A stretch of DNA of 64,000 nucleotides from an uncultured Rikenellaceae bacterium (GTDB taxonomy: Bacteria > Bacteroidota > Bacteroidia > Bacteroidales > VadinHA17), in assembly GCA_964429295.1 (NCBI GenBank), contig CAYSBL010000003.1, positions 44,767 through 108,766 of the forward strand. The letters are read 5' to 3'. Shown one piece after another: positions 26,537 through 37,435 of this stretch; within the stretch, counting starts at the first letter, position 1, and each line of letters opens with the position of its first letter. The translations under genes were made by a program, and so were the position numbers. The notes under the pieces are model-generated. The model was given only the letters and a program-made list of their open reading frames with translations, was not told the DNA's origin and made no database searches.

Positions 26537-28312
26537 ATGCCGGTATTGAGATCCTTAAGAAAATTCTTCTTAAAAAAGCCAGGAGAGATTGACCAGACGA
26601 GGCTTATATACATACTAAGCCTCGCGGTGGGATTAATCAGCTCGCTTGCTGCAGCAGTCCTCAAGAATGCCATCCATTACACACGAAGGATACTTACCGA
26701 TGGAATTACCCCTGAATCGGGTAGCTATCTTTATCTTATTTTTCCTGTCCTTGGAATACTTCTGACAGCTTTGTTTGTCAGGTACCTTGTAAGGGATAAT
26801 ATTGAACACGGAGTAAGCAGGGTACTTCATGCAATATCCCGAAAGAAAAGCAGGATAAACAGCCACAATAACTGGACCTCCCTTCTGGCAACAACAGTCA
26901 CTATAGGTTTCGGGGGCTCGGTGGGTGCAGAAGCCCCGATAGTCCTTACAGGATCTTCAATAGGTTCAACAATAGGAAGGTATTTCGGCCTGAATTACCG
27001 GTATGTAACTCTTCTGATAGGATGCGGAGCAGCCGGTGCGGTTTCAGGAATATTCAAAGCTCCCATAGCCGGGATAGTTTTTACACTTGAGGTTCTCCTT
27101 CTTGACCTTACAATGTCGTCGATCGTGCCGTTGCTGATATCCTCGGTGACGGCAGCCAGCGTTGCTTATTTCCTTATGGGTGATGACGTTCTCCTTTCGT
27201 TCACGATAACAGGTTCGTTCAATATAAGCAACATCCCATGGTACCTTTTGCTTGGCGGAATAACCGGGCTTGTTTCTGTTTATTTTACCAGGCTTACCCT
27301 GTTCATTGAATCAGGCTACAAGAAGATAAAAAATATGTATGTCAGGCTTCTGGCCGGAGGGATTGTTGTAGGATTTCTTGTTTTTCTTTTTCCTGCTTTC
27401 TATGGTGAAGGTTATGATGCAATTATGGCCCTGCTGGAGGGAGAGTCCCGGTCATTGTTCCAGAGTTCGGTGTTTTCAAGGCTGGGAAGCGGATACCTTG
27501 TGTTTTCACTTTTTTTCTTCTGCCTTATCTTTCTGAAAGTTATAGTCAGCAGCTCCACAACCGGCGCGGGAGGTGTTGGCGGGATATTTGCGCCTACACT
27601 GTTCCTGGGAGGGATGACAGGATTTCTGACATCGAGCCTGCTGAACAGGTTTGCCCTTCTCGATCTTCCCGATAACCGGTTTGTGCTGGTCGGAATGGCA
27701 GGGACAATGGCAGCAGTAATGCACGCACCCCTTACTGCAATATTCCTTATTGCTGAAATTACAGGCGGCTATTCATTGCTTATCCCTCTGATCATTACAT
27801 CAACCACTGCCTATATGACCATAAAGGGTTTTGAACGGCACTCTATTTACCACGTCCAACTTGCTGAAAAAGGTGAACTGATAACCCACGACAAGGATAA
27901 GGCAGTCCTGACGATGATGGACTGGAAGAAGGAAATCGAAAGGGACCTGATAACTGTCCGTGCATCCGATAACCTTGGGGAACTTGTCAAGACGATTTCA
28001 AAATCGACAAGGAATATTTTTCCTGTTGTCGATGAATATAATATATTGCAGGGAGTGGTCTATCTCGATGACGTGCGTGAGATAATGTTCAACAGCGAAC
28101 TCTACCGGACGGTATTTGTAAAGGATCTGATGACTATTCCTCCCACATACCTTGATTTAGGTGAGAAAGTAGAAGCGGTGATGGAAGCATTTACCAAAAC
28201 GGATGCCTGGAACCTGCCGGTTCTTGACAAGGGATATTATGTGGGTTTCCTTTCCAAATCAAGGGTATTCGGTACTTACCGCGATCTGCTCGTCCAGGTT
28301 TCCGAGGAGTAG
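26537..28312 (+). CDS. ClC-family chloride channel/antiporter with C-terminal CBS pair
   Basis: 591 aa. The motifs GFGGSVGAEAP, GIFKAP and GIFAP are present. The C-terminal region of about 140 aa is CBS-like. Confidence 0.85.
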   Translation: MPVLRSLRKFFLKKPGEIDQTRLIYILSLAVGLISSLAAAVLKNAIHYTRRILTDGITPESGSYLYLIFPVLGILLTALFVRYLVRDNIEHGVSRVLHAISRKKSRINSHNNWTSLLATTVTIGFGGSVGAEAPIVLTGSSIGSTIGRYFGLNYRYVTLLIGCGAAGAVSGIFKAPIAGIVFTLEVLLLDLTMSSIVPLLISSVTAASVAYFLMGDDVLLSFTITGSFNISNIPWYLLLGGITGLVSVYFTRLTLFIESGYKKIKNMYVRLLAGGIVVGFLVFLFPAFYGEGYDAIMALLEGESRSLFQSSVFSRLGSGYLVFSLFFFCLIFLKVIVSSSTTGAGGVGGIFAPTLFLGGMTGFLTSSLLNRFALLDLPDNRFVLVGMAGTMAAVMHAPLTAIFLIAEITGGYSLLIPLIITSTTAYMTIKGFERHSIYHVQLAEKGELITHDKDKAVLTMMDWKKEIERDLITVRASDNLGELVKTISKSTRNIFPVVDEYNILQGVVYLDDVREIMFNSELYRTVFVKDLMTIPPTYLDLGEKVEAVMEAFTKTDAWNLPVLDKGYYVGFLSKSRVFGTYRDLLVQVSEE

Positions 28313-28395
28313 ATCAGCATCCCGTTTATTTCAGCATTTAATTCCGGAAGGAATTATTTTGATCTATTTTCATTTCCCCTGTACCCTATTTCCAT

Positions 28396-28403
28396 TATAT
28401 TTG
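28396..28403 (+). promoter_or_regulatory. Candidate TAnnTTTG promoter box for glyA
   Basis: TATATTTG lies 86 nt upstream of the ATG at 28489, which implies a leader of about 75 nt. Confidence 0.3.
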
Positions 28404-28488
28404 CCGATGGTAGCGGGTCATGGTTTTGCCGGCGGCCCTCGGACCTGAAATTTTATCCATTTCATAACATACCAGAAATCCTTTGAAT

Positions 28489-29763
28489 ATGAGAGACACA
28501 TTGATATTCGATCTTATCGGGAAAGAACTTCAGCGGCAGCTGGATGGCATTGAACTGATAGCTTCTGAAAACTTTGTCAGCCCCCAGGTACTCGAAGCCA
28601 TGGGATCGGTCCTTACAAACAAATATGCTGAGGGTTACCCAGGTAACAGGTATTATGGAGGTTGCGAGATAGTGGACCAAACCGAACAGATTGCCATCGA
28701 CAGGCTTAAGAAGCTTTTCGGAGCCGAATATGCGAACGTCCAGCCTCATTCAGGTGCGCAGGCCAATATGGCTGTTTTCTTTACTGTAATGAAGCCGGGT
28801 GATACATTCATGGGTCTGAATCTGGCTCACGGGGGACATCTTTCTCATGGATCCCCGGTGAATTCATCAGGGATACTGTATAGACCGGTAGCCTACAGCG
28901 TGAAGGAAGAGGATGGTCTGGTTGATTATGATATGATGGAAGAGCTTGCCCTGAAGGAAAAGCCCAGAATGATAATAGGGGGAGCTTCAGCCTATTCACG
29001 TGAATGGGATTATGAGCGCATGAGGAAGATTGCAGATGCTGTCGGCGCTATGCTTGTTGTGGATATGGCCCATCCAGCAGGATTAATTGCTGCAGGATTG
29101 CTGAAGAATCCTCTGAATTATGCCCATATAGTTACTTCAACAACCCACAAAACACTGAGGGGACCCAGGGGAGGAATAATACTCATGGGAAAGGATTTCG
29201 TCAATCCATGGGGTATTACGACACCCAAGGGTGAGGTCAGGATGATGTCGTCACTTCTGAACTCAGCCGTTTTCCCGGGAGTTCAGGGCGGCCCTCTCGA
29301 ACATGTTATTGCCTCCAAGGCAGTTGCTTTCGGTGAAGCTCTTGAACCTGACTTCGCGAGATATCAGGCTCAGGTTAAAAAGAATGCCGCCGTGTTGGCT
29401 GAAGCTTTTGTAGCACTGGGATACAAGGTAATATCAGACGGCACCGACAACCATCTTCTCCTTATTGATCTTAGGACCAAATTCCCGGAACTTTCGGGCA
29501 AGAAGGCTGAAAATACCCTCGTTCTGTCACATATAACAGTAAATAAAAACATGGTTCCCTTCGATTCCAGATCACCTTTCCTTACATCCGGACTCAGGAT
29601 TGGCACACCCGCAATAACAACAAGGGGAATGAAGGAAGAACATATGGGAGTGATTGCAGACCTTATAGATGAAGTCCTTTCCCATATTGATGATGAAAGT
29701 GTAATCAGAAAAGCCGGCGTAAAGGTGAAAGATCTTATGAAACCGTTCCCTCTTTTTAGCTGA
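28489..29763 (+). CDS. glyA: Serine hydroxymethyltransferase
   Basis: The track ORF starts at a TTG at 28483. The ATG at 28489 gives [17 protein letters not shown]. The PLP-lysine motif [14 protein letters not shown] is present. Confidence 0.95.
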   Translation: MRDTLIFDLIGKELQRQLDGIELIASENFVSPQVLEAMGSVLTNKYAEGYPGNRYYGGCEIVDQTEQIAIDRLKKLFGAEYANVQPHSGAQANMAVFFTVMKPGDTFMGLNLAHGGHLSHGSPVNSSGILYRPVAYSVKEEDGLVDYDMMEELALKEKPRMIIGGASAYSREWDYERMRKIADAVGAMLVVDMAHPAGLIAAGLLKNPLNYAHIVTSTTHKTLRGPRGGIILMGKDFVNPWGITTPKGEVRMMSSLLNSAVFPGVQGGPLEHVIASKAVAFGEALEPDFARYQAQVKKNAAVLAEAFVALGYKVISDGTDNHLLLIDLRTKFPELSGKKAENTLVLSHITVNKNMVPFDSRSPFLTSGLRIGTPAITTRGMKEEHMGVIADLIDEVLSHIDDESVIRKAGVKVKDLMKPFPLFS

Positions 29764-30654
29764 CTATCTCAGTACAAAGTTATAGGTTATTGTTCCCTTC
29801 TGAACAGCAGGAGCGTCGGCCTTGGGTTCGAACCTGGCCTTGAGCGCTGCCTCCTTTGCAACCCTGAGAAGATCAGCGTTGAGGGTGGTGGATCCTTTTG
29901 CCCCCGGATTTGCCTGTATCACTTTTCCTGACCTGTCGACACTGACTTCCACCACAACCTTACCACCTTCCTGATAGTCATAGTTTGGTTTTGGAAGAGA
30001 CTGAGCGCCCCTGTCCCCCAGATCGTAAGAGATACCCTGGTTTCCCTGTCCGCTGCCATCACCCCTGTTCTGTGAGTCGACAGATCCAGTCGGAACTCCC
30101 TGATTGCCTGTTCCGCCTGCCACTCCTTCGCTGGTGCTTGTTGTTCCCGCATTCTTTGAACCTGCAAGGGCATCACGGGTTTTGTTCCTGATATCGGCTT
30201 CCCTTTGTTTTTCAGCCTCAATCCTTTTCCTTTCGGCTTCCTCGGCTTCCTTTCTCTTTCTCTCGGCCTCCATCTGCTCCCTTAGTTTTCTGTCGGCTTC
30301 TATCTTTTCGAGCCTTTTTCTTTCTGCTTCGGGATCCACTTTCTTAACTTCCGGGGCTTCCTCATTATTCTGGGTAAGTATCGATTCTTCAGTCTGAGTA
30401 TTTTGTGCAACCGGAGGAGGTGAGGCGGGCTCAGCCTCAACCGGCGGAGCAGAAGGTTCAATCATTCCAAGTCCTGTCTCATCGAAACCGAAATTAACCA
30501 GTATTCCTTCTTCAGTCTCAGGAGGTTCCGGAGCGGTGAAAGCAACTATGATCAGCAACACCATCGTAATCAGGGCTGTCAGCGCTGTGCCTATTATTCC
30601 CTTCGTTCTTTCGCTGGGAATATTCCTTAAGCTGTTATTTGGGTGAGGTTGCAA
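29764..30654 (-). CDS. tonB: TonB-family energy transducer
   Basis: 296 aa. It has an N-terminal TM, a Pro-rich spacer, a charged EAERKR repeat region and a C-terminal TonB domain (GKVVVEVSVDRSGKV). The start codon is a TTG at 30654, so the start is uncertain. Confidence 0.75.
   Translation of the reverse strand: MQPHPNNSLRNIPSERTKGIIGTALTALITMVLLIIVAFTAPEPPETEEGILVNFGFDETGLGMIEPSAPPVEAEPASPPPVAQNTQTEESILTQNNEEAPEVKKVDPEAERKRLEKIEADRKLREQMEAERKRKEAEEAERKRIEAEKQREADIRNKTRDALAGSKNAGTTSTSEGVAGGTGNQGVPTGSVDSQNRGDGSGQGNQGISYDLGDRGAQSLPKPNYDYQEGGKVVVEVSVDRSGKVIQANPGAKGSTTLNADLLRVAKEAALKARFEPKADAPAVQKGTITYNFVLR
30190..30333 (-). repeat. In-frame low-complexity coding repeat (EAERKR units) in TonB linker
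   Basis: The segment reads PEAERKRLEKIEADRKLREQMEAERKRKEAEEAERKRIEAEKQREA. It is mirrored by the repetitive shadow ORF 30104..30397 on the plus strand. Confidence 0.6.
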
Positions 30655-31027
30655 TTATCAGTTTGTAATTATTTGCCTGGGCAATATTAAGTACTGCCAC
30701 AACCGTTTCGAAAGGTACGTTTTTATCCGCATGAAGCGAAATATATGTCTCCGGATTTGCTCCGAGTTTTTCCTTCAGGAGCGCTTCCAGCGTCTCGAGC
30801 GTCACGGGCTGCTGTTCAAGAAAATACTTCTGGTCAGCAGTTATTGAAATAGTTGTCTGCGGTTTTGCCGAGGTCTGTGTGCTTCCTTTCGGCAAGAGCA
30901 GCTTCACAGCTGTGGGATGCACAAGTGTTGAGGTAAGCATGAAAAATATGAGAAGGTTGAAAACAACGTCCGTCATACCCGTCGAGCTGAAGCTGACACT
31001 GATCTTATTTCTTTGGGATAAAGCCAT
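30635..31027 (-). CDS. exbD: Biopolymer transport protein ExbD/TolR
   Basis: 130 aa with a single N-terminal TM (MTDVVFNLLIFFM) and an ExbD periplasmic domain. It is adjacent to exbB and tonB. Confidence 0.85.
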   Translation of the reverse strand: MALSQRNKISVSFSSTGMTDVVFNLLIFFMLTSTLVHPTAVKLLLPKGSTQTSAKPQTTISITADQKYFLEQQPVTLETLEALLKEKLGANPETYISLHADKNVPFETVVAVLNIAQANNYKLIIATSPK

Positions 31028-31028
31028 A

Positions 31029-31718
31029 TCAGCGACCCGTTTTCAGAGGTTCATTCAGAATATCAAGAAACTCAGTCATCGTGGCCTCCAGACTGAAAAC
31101 CACCTTTTCCGTCCTTACCACCAGTGTGTTGTAGGCAAAATATCCGAGGATGCCTACGATCAGACCTGCAACAGTTGTAATAAGAGCCGTGTAAATACCT
31201 CCCGACATCATGGAAACATCAATGTTGTTTCCGGCCTGTTCCATGTTGTAGAATGATTTAACCATTCCGATAACTGTTCCAAGGAACCCAAGCATTGGTT
31301 CTGCCCCTGCTATGGTAGCCAGGGTGGGGAAGCCTCTCTCAAGCTTTGAGATTTCAAGCTTGCCAACATTCTCGATAGCTGTAGATATATCGTGAAGAGG
31401 CCTGCCAAGCCTGCTTATTCCTTTCTCAATCATGCGGGCCGACGGCGAATCGGTCGATTTGCACAGGGCCATAGCCGCATCTATCTTACCGTCATGTATA
31501 TAGTCCTTGATCCTGTTCATGAAATTGGTATCCTGTCTCGATGCCCTCTTTATAACATAGATCCTTTCGATGAAAATGTAAGTAGCGACCAGAAACAACA
31601 GAAAGATCGGGATCATAACCCATCCTCCCTTCATAGCAAAATCCAGGAGAGTCAGTTTCTGAGCTGCCATAGCCGCGGTTTCCTGTCCTTCCTGCATGAG
31701 TAATTGTAAGAATCCCAT
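31029..31718 (-). CDS. exbB: MotA/TolQ/ExbB proton channel protein
   Basis: 229 aa with three TMs and the conserved GAEPMLGFLGTVIGM segment. Confidence 0.85.
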   Translation of the reverse strand: MGFLQLLMQEGQETAAMAAQKLTLLDFAMKGGWVMIPIFLLFLVATYIFIERIYVIKRASRQDTNFMNRIKDYIHDGKIDAAMALCKSTDSPSARMIEKGISRLGRPLHDISTAIENVGKLEISKLERGFPTLATIAGAEPMLGFLGTVIGMVKSFYNMEQAGNNIDVSMMSGGIYTALITTVAGLIVGILGYFAYNTLVVRTEKVVFSLEATMTEFLDILNEPLKTGR

Positions 31719-31860
31719 ATTTCCCCTTTTTGTTAATTTATTATAAATGAATTAATTATATTATCGGTTGTCAATTATGCGAACGAATATATTAAAAAAC
31801 GGGAAACGGGCATAGTCTATTATTGTGTGTTAATAACATTATTGTAATAATTATCAACTC

Positions 31861-34800
31861 TTATTCATCGATTGTGACATCCTCTTCTTTCCTGAACTCA
31901 GCCGGAGGCTTTTTTCTGAAGATATCTCCAAATTTGTTGAAATCCTGTCTGAGGGAAAATCCAAGACCCTGTGTGTAGGGAGCTCCTTTTCCTGTGTAGG
32001 GATTGTTATACCGGTTGAAAACCTTGAACCTTAGTTTCTCTGTAAGCCTGTACTCAATATCGAAATCCCCGATAAGCGGTGTCTCTTCTGTTTCGGTACC
32101 GGTCACATCGAAGTTCCCGTTTATCGTTACCCTGTCGTTGAGAAGCTGGGTCGACAGAGCTACCTGGAGCTGCTGGGAGCTCAGATCCTTCGTCCCGGGC
32201 GTATACAGGAAGCCGATATCGAAGTCGTTGCTTATCTGTGAAAGCCAGTTGCTAAGCTGGTTCGAAAGCATTTCCGTTGTGGTCACGGCCATTGCCGAAG
32301 TTCCTGCGCCGGTAGCTCCTGATGATGCACGATAGGCCGGGTCTGCATAAAAACTGTTCATGACAAGGAGATAAATGAACTGCTTGCTCTTTTCCTCTTC
32401 GGTTGTTATTGCATTCCTCAGATAGGTTCTGGTCTCTTCATCGGCATTTGGAAGATAAATATTAAATCCGACAACAGGGTTGAACAGGTTCCCCGACAGA
32501 TTCAGCTGGGGTTCAACAGGGATCCTGGCTTCATACTTCGGATCCTGCAGTATCGGAAAAAGGATGGGCGACAGGGAAGTCTTTATGTTCCTGTATTTTG
32601 CTGTAAGATCGATCTCGGAGTTCTCTATGTCGCCGCTGAAGGTTATTTTCCCCCCTTTTTCAACCTCAAATTTCTTGTTTAGAATGTTCTTCAGGGTGAA
32701 AAGATAATCGCCTTCCTCAATTGTATAATCGCCGAATATTCTGAAATCGCCATTTTTGTTCAGGCTGATATTGAGCTTCCCGGCACCCTTACCCCTGATA
32801 ACGTCTCCTGCTTTGGGATCAATGAGCAGCTGTACTTCGGCATCAGGAGTGACGTCAAGATCAAAAGTGAGCTCCAGCGACGATTCCCTGGGTTTCTGTG
32901 TGGCATCCTGGAGGCTTCTTGCCTTCGCCATCATTGCCGAATCGTGATTTATGAAGGTAACAAATGATGATTCTGAAACAGACAGTCCGGAATTCAGAGG
33001 GATAAAGAAGCTGGTGCCTTTTCCTGTTTTTGCTGAAATATCAAACGAAAGCGAGTTGGGGCCGCTTCTGATAGTCGTTACGCCCGAAACATAGGCCGTT
33101 CCGTAGAAGAGCTCGTTGTCGCCCTGCCTGGTGTTGAGCACAAGACAGTCATTCCTGTCCATGTTGATGGTCAGATCGACTCTGAAATCCTTGAACGAAT
33201 TGTGAAAGACCGCTCCCGTTAATATTGCGTTGTTACCTTCCTCATCGGTTATGCTGGTGTTCCTGAACCTTATTCCGCGCCTGTCGAACCGTATGGAATC
33301 GTTGATTGAATACCTGGTCTGAAGATAATCGATCTTAAGTGATGTGTTTTCAGGCATGAGTGAACCTGTCAGATACAACTCTCCTGGGATTCCGCTTACT
33401 TTAACCTTTCCAGAAACGGTGCCCCTGATATCGGAGGCAAAAAAGCCAAGCAGGGGATTAAGTGCATCCACCGGCAGGTTTGCTGCTATTCCCTCAATCC
33501 GGAATTGCTTGTTCCCTGGATCGTAAATGCCCGAGACATCAAAATTCCTTTTGCCGTTCAGGTTATTCCTCGCACTGAGATCGGCAACCTTTCTCCTTGA
33601 ATTCCATTGCGATCTGACCGACACGTCCCCATAATCGCCGCTGAGTATTGAAAAATCGTTAATGCTGATGTCGCTTTGTATGAGAGGATTCTTCAGGGCG
33701 CTGGATAACACGATACTTCCGTTAACAATGCCCTTTATGTTTAATTCCAAAGGATCGGTCCCATTGTCAGCTTCCCGGTCTGGCTTAGTGTTGAGGGGAC
33801 TCAGGTCAATTCCGTTAACAAACAGCTTAAGGGTATCACCCGCGTTGGAGGAAACAGTCCCGTCGGCGAACCAGGAATGCACCCCGCTGGAAACAATGAA
33901 GCGGTTGATCTTTGTCGACCCGGAATCAACAAGTATGGATGACCTTCTTATTGTCCAGGTATTTTTTTTTGTGATTATGTCGGTAGAATCAATGTCGATA
34001 AGGAGATATGATCCGGTCCTGCCGTCTTCCCTTGGGATGAAGGATCCACGGGAAACAAAGGCCCCTCTGCTTGTTTCATTTTTCCTGTCGATCCAGTCAA
34101 GATCGAAACTCATTTTGTCCGATCCGGCTTCGAATCCAGCCCTGAATTCCTTCAGGTCTGCTCTTCCCAGAACGAGAAGTGAGGCGCTTCTGAGGTCGGC
34201 CATGAATTCTGATCCCGAATACCGGGCTTTCAGCGAAAAATTATTGAAGGTGTTGTTCCTGTAAACCAGTTTCCGGGCATCGGCATTCAGAACTATCAGG
34301 CTGTCCCTGAAGAATGATCCGTTCAGACGGCTTTTTTCTGAAAGAAGAAGGCCTGTCCTGAAGAAATCATTGAGTTTGTCGGTATTTTTTGTGTTGATGC
34401 TGAATGTGAATTCATTGGAAGAAAGGTCTCCGGGAAGACCGGGCTTCATGAACTTCGCAGGCATTAGGGCAGCAAGGGCTGATTTCAGAACAAGACCTAT
34501 CTCACCGAATTTATAGTAACCTCTGAGATCGGCATCAACAAAATCTGTTTTTACCGAAAGGGCGGGCTTCCCTCCTTCATTGAATGCCTTCAGGGTAAAG
34601 TCATAAAGGTCGAGCCTGTTGCCGTATTTTCTTATTGTTGAGTTAAGAAGCCTGATCTCTCCGAAAAGGTTGTCGATGTTGTTTCCCCTGAAATTTGCAG
34701 TTGCCAGCATTGAGAGCCTTGATGTGGTGTCGCTCCTGTCAAAATTCAGCCTGTGAAGGTTCGATTCGGCAAGGTTCAGGGTGAAATCGAATTCCGGCAG

Positions 34801-36342
34801 TTCATCACTGAAATCGAGCATTCCCAGCATGTCCATTCTTATGTTCCGGTCGGAGATCTTTATGCTTCCGTCCCATGTTTTTTCAGTGAAAATGCCATTC
34901 AGGGTAACATTCCTGTAAACATATTTGTTGACTTCGACACTGTCGATCTTTCCTGTAAGGTTTCCGGATATGTTAGTCGAGGAGGTTGCAAAACCATCAA
35001 CATCCGTTTCCATGGTCAGCTTCCCCAGCATCTCTCTGTTATCTGTCAGAAGGCCCAGGTCGACATTGACACCCCTCACTAGGCCCCTGATCCTGAAATT
35101 TCCCCTGCCCTCAGGTCTGAAGGAGATATCTGTTTTCAGGGTTCCGGCATCAGTTTCTATCCTGCCGTAAGTGACGAAATCAGTGGTGAAGCCGGTGAAG
35201 TTACCTTCGAAGACTATGTTACCAAGCTTCTCCATAACATCAGGCAGATTCAGGTAATTGCCGTTTCGGCGGATCAGTTCAATATCCGATGCATTCGTCC
35301 TCAGGTTATCAATGCTTATATGAATGAAGGTGTCCTTGAGATCCGGAAGACCCGACATGTCAAAATCACATTCAAGCTCAGTATAGTCCCTGAAAGATGC
35401 TGTTATCCTCCGCCCGTTCAGATCTGATACAGTCCCTGATATCCTTCCCGAAAGTTCTACCGCTTCATTGAGTCCACCGGCTGCCGTAAGAAAATACCTC
35501 AGATCCGATGCGCTGATGAGCGACTTGTCAAGCCTGATGTCAAGCATGACATTCTCAGTGAAGTTACTGAATCCTTCCGATTCATCACCCGAGATGAGAA
35601 CCTGGCCGGCATTGATGATTGAACTGTCAAGATAAAGGAAGAGATCCCTGAATAAAATGTCCTTCCCTGCGAGGGTCAGATTGCTGTTCATACTTCTTAC
35701 AAGAAATCCTTTCGACTCCTCAAAGCGTATGTCGTTGATATCGAGTACTGTAGAGTCGCCACGGATCCTGAAGTCCTTCAGGTCTCCGGTTATCCCTGAA
35801 AGACGCAGATTGTTGAAATCGACCAGGGCTTTTCCGGCAGGGCGGTTTCTGTTGAGCAATGCAAATCTGCCGTCCTGTATTGTTATTTTATTAACAATAA
35901 ATCTGGTGCCGCCTTTCTTCACGGTATCTTCAGTATTCTTAAACATGTTGAGATACCAGGTAAGGTTCATCAAGCCCGTGGTGTCGGTAATGAATGCAAT
36001 TACCGGTCTGTCAATATCGACATGACCAAGACGGATATTATTGCCGGCAAGGTCGAGCCTGAGAATACCGGCTGATATCCTGGAAGACCACAGCAGGGTA
36101 TCGCTGTTCTGATCCTTGATGAGGAGATCGCTTAAGACCAGCTTGTTAAAGAAGGTGTACTCAACCCTCCCGACAGAGATCGTCGATTTGATCCTTTCCG
36201 AAAAGTGACCGGTGATCCTGTTCACCATAAACGTCTGCACCTCGGGTATCCTGAGCACAATGGAAGCCAGTGTCGGCACCAGGAGCAGGATGCCAACCAG
36301 TATCATAAGATACTTAAATGATTTTTTAATACTTTTGAGCAT
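31861..36342 (-). CDS. tamB: Translocation and assembly module protein TamB-like (DUF490 C-terminus)
   Basis: 1493 aa with an N-terminal signal anchor. The long beta-rich body has no Cys clusters. The C-terminal region is typical of TamB/DUF490 (FDIEYRLTEKLRFKVFNR). Confidence 0.8.
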   Translation of the reverse strand: MLKSIKKSFKYLMILVGILLLVPTLASIVLRIPEVQTFMVNRITGHFSERIKSTISVGRVEYTFFNKLVLSDLLIKDQNSDTLLWSSRISAGILRLDLAGNNIRLGHVDIDRPVIAFITDTTGLMNLTWYLNMFKNTEDTVKKGGTRFIVNKITIQDGRFALLNRNRPAGKALVDFNNLRLSGITGDLKDFRIRGDSTVLDINDIRFEESKGFLVRSMNSNLTLAGKDILFRDLFLYLDSSIINAGQVLISGDESEGFSNFTENVMLDIRLDKSLISASDLRYFLTAAGGLNEAVELSGRISGTVSDLNGRRITASFRDYTELECDFDMSGLPDLKDTFIHISIDNLRTNASDIELIRRNGNYLNLPDVMEKLGNIVFEGNFTGFTTDFVTYGRIETDAGTLKTDISFRPEGRGNFRIRGLVRGVNVDLGLLTDNREMLGKLTMETDVDGFATSSTNISGNLTGKIDSVEVNKYVYRNVTLNGIFTEKTWDGSIKISDRNIRMDMLGMLDFSDELPEFDFTLNLAESNLHRLNFDRSDTTSRLSMLATANFRGNNIDNLFGEIRLLNSTIRKYGNRLDLYDFTLKAFNEGGKPALSVKTDFVDADLRGYYKFGEIGLVLKSALAALMPAKFMKPGLPGDLSSNEFTFSINTKNTDKLNDFFRTGLLLSEKSRLNGSFFRDSLIVLNADARKLVYRNNTFNNFSLKARYSGSEFMADLRSASLLVLGRADLKEFRAGFEAGSDKMSFDLDWIDRKNETSRGAFVSRGSFIPREDGRTGSYLLIDIDSTDIITKKNTWTIRRSSILVDSGSTKINRFIVSSGVHSWFADGTVSSNAGDTLKLFVNGIDLSPLNTKPDREADNGTDPLELNIKGIVNGSIVLSSALKNPLIQSDISINDFSILSGDYGDVSVRSQWNSRRKVADLSARNNLNGKRNFDVSGIYDPGNKQFRIEGIAANLPVDALNPLLGFFASDIRGTVSGKVKVSGIPGELYLTGSLMPENTSLKIDYLQTRYSINDSIRFDRRGIRFRNTSITDEEGNNAILTGAVFHNSFKDFRVDLTINMDRNDCLVLNTRQGDNELFYGTAYVSGVTTIRSGPNSLSFDISAKTGKGTSFFIPLNSGLSVSESSFVTFINHDSAMMAKARSLQDATQKPRESSLELTFDLDVTPDAEVQLLIDPKAGDVIRGKGAGKLNISLNKNGDFRIFGDYTIEEGDYLFTLKNILNKKFEVEKGGKITFSGDIENSEIDLTAKYRNIKTSLSPILFPILQDPKYEARIPVEPQLNLSGNLFNPVVGFNIYLPNADEETRTYLRNAITTEEEKSKQFIYLLVMNSFYADPAYRASSGATGAGTSAMAVTTTEMLSNQLSNWLSQISNDFDIGFLYTPGTKDLSSQQLQVALSTQLLNDRVTINGNFDVTGTETEETPLIGDFDIEYRLTEKLRFKVFNRYNNPYTGKGAPYTQGLGFSLRQDFNKFGDIFRKKPPAEFRKEEDVTIDE

Positions 36343-36404
36343 TAAAAATGCCTGAGCGTTCGGGATTCAAAATAACCTAAAATATACGGAAAATCAAAGG
36401 AAGC

Positions 36405-37418
36405 ATGGCGGTCACAATACTTGCGATAGAATCATCCTGCGATGACACCTCAGCGGCTGTCATAAGAGATGGCTTCATACTATCGAACCTTATAGCAGGT
36501 CAGGACATTCACATGTCGTACGGAGGTGTTGTTCCCGAGCTTGCTTCCAGGGCTCATCAGGCAAATATTGTGCCAGTGGTCGACCAGGCACTCAGGAGAG
36601 CAGGAGTTGATGCTGCCGAAATAAATGCCGTTGCTTTTACCCGGGGGCCCGGATTGCTAGGTTCTCTTCTGGTGGGGACCTCATTCGCCAAGGGATTCGC
36701 GCTTGCAAGGAATATCCCGCTTATCGATGTCAATCATCTTCAGGCACATGTACTTGTACATTTCATTCTTGAGAAGGACGGTAAGGCAAGATTGCCGGAA
36801 TTCCCTTTCCTCTGCCTTCTTGTTTCAGGCGGACATACCAGACTGATAGTGATGAAAAGCCATCTGGATATGGAGATAATCGGGAATACCATCGACGATG
36901 CTGCCGGAGAAGCTTTCGACAAATGCGGAAAACTGATGGACCTTCCGTATCCTGCCGGTCCTATGATTGACAAGCTGGCTTCGCAGGGTAACAAGAAGGC
37001 TTTTTCGTTCGCGAAACCAAAGGTGAAGGACCTCGATTTCAGCTTCAGCGGACTGAAAACAAGCTTTCTTTACTTTTTGCGCGACAAATTAAAGGACGAT
37101 CCCCAATTTATTGAAAAAAACAGGGCGGATCTCTGCGCTTCCCTGCAGGATACCATCGTAAGTATGCTGATCTCTAAACTGATCAAGGCTTCACAACTGA
37201 CCGGAATAAAAGAAATAGGTATTGCCGGAGGTGTATCGGCCAATTCCGGACTCAGAAGCGGACTTTCCAGGGAGGCCGGACGAAGAGGCTGGAACCTGTT
37301 TATTCCCCCGTTTTCATATACAACCGACAATGCTGCCATGATAGGAATATCAGGATATTATAAATATCTCAGGGGAGAATTCACAGGTCAGGATACTGCA
37401 CCACAGGCAAGATACTGA
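36405..37418 (+). CDS. tsaD: tRNA N6-adenosine threonylcarbamoyltransferase
   Basis: 337 aa. It carries ILAIESSCDDTSAAV, the HQANI/His pair region and GGVSANS. Confidence 0.95.
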   Translation: MAVTILAIESSCDDTSAAVIRDGFILSNLIAGQDIHMSYGGVVPELASRAHQANIVPVVDQALRRAGVDAAEINAVAFTRGPGLLGSLLVGTSFAKGFALARNIPLIDVNHLQAHVLVHFILEKDGKARLPEFPFLCLLVSGGHTRLIVMKSHLDMEIIGNTIDDAAGEAFDKCGKLMDLPYPAGPMIDKLASQGNKKAFSFAKPKVKDLDFSFSGLKTSFLYFLRDKLKDDPQFIEKNRADLCASLQDTIVSMLISKLIKASQLTGIKEIGIAGGVSANSGLRSGLSREAGRRGWNLFIPPFSYTTDNAAMIGISGYYKYLRGEFTGQDTAPQARY

Positions 37419-37435
37419 CACTAAATACCTTTCAT

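Noticed and set aside
28410-28450. Possible ZTP (pfl) riboswitch upstream of glyA, suggested by GGGTCATGG and CCGGCGG strings
   Set aside because: I could not find the conserved 3' sub-domain (CCGCCUGGGC-like) or a convincing pseudoknot partner. The segment is also shorter than typical pfl RNAs. I kept it only as a low-interest structured-leader note.
30104-30397. 97-aa plus-strand ORF with striking SASxxFLSAS repeats
   Set aside because: It is the antisense reading of the EAERKR repeat region of tonB. The repetition is inherited from the real gene on the other strand.
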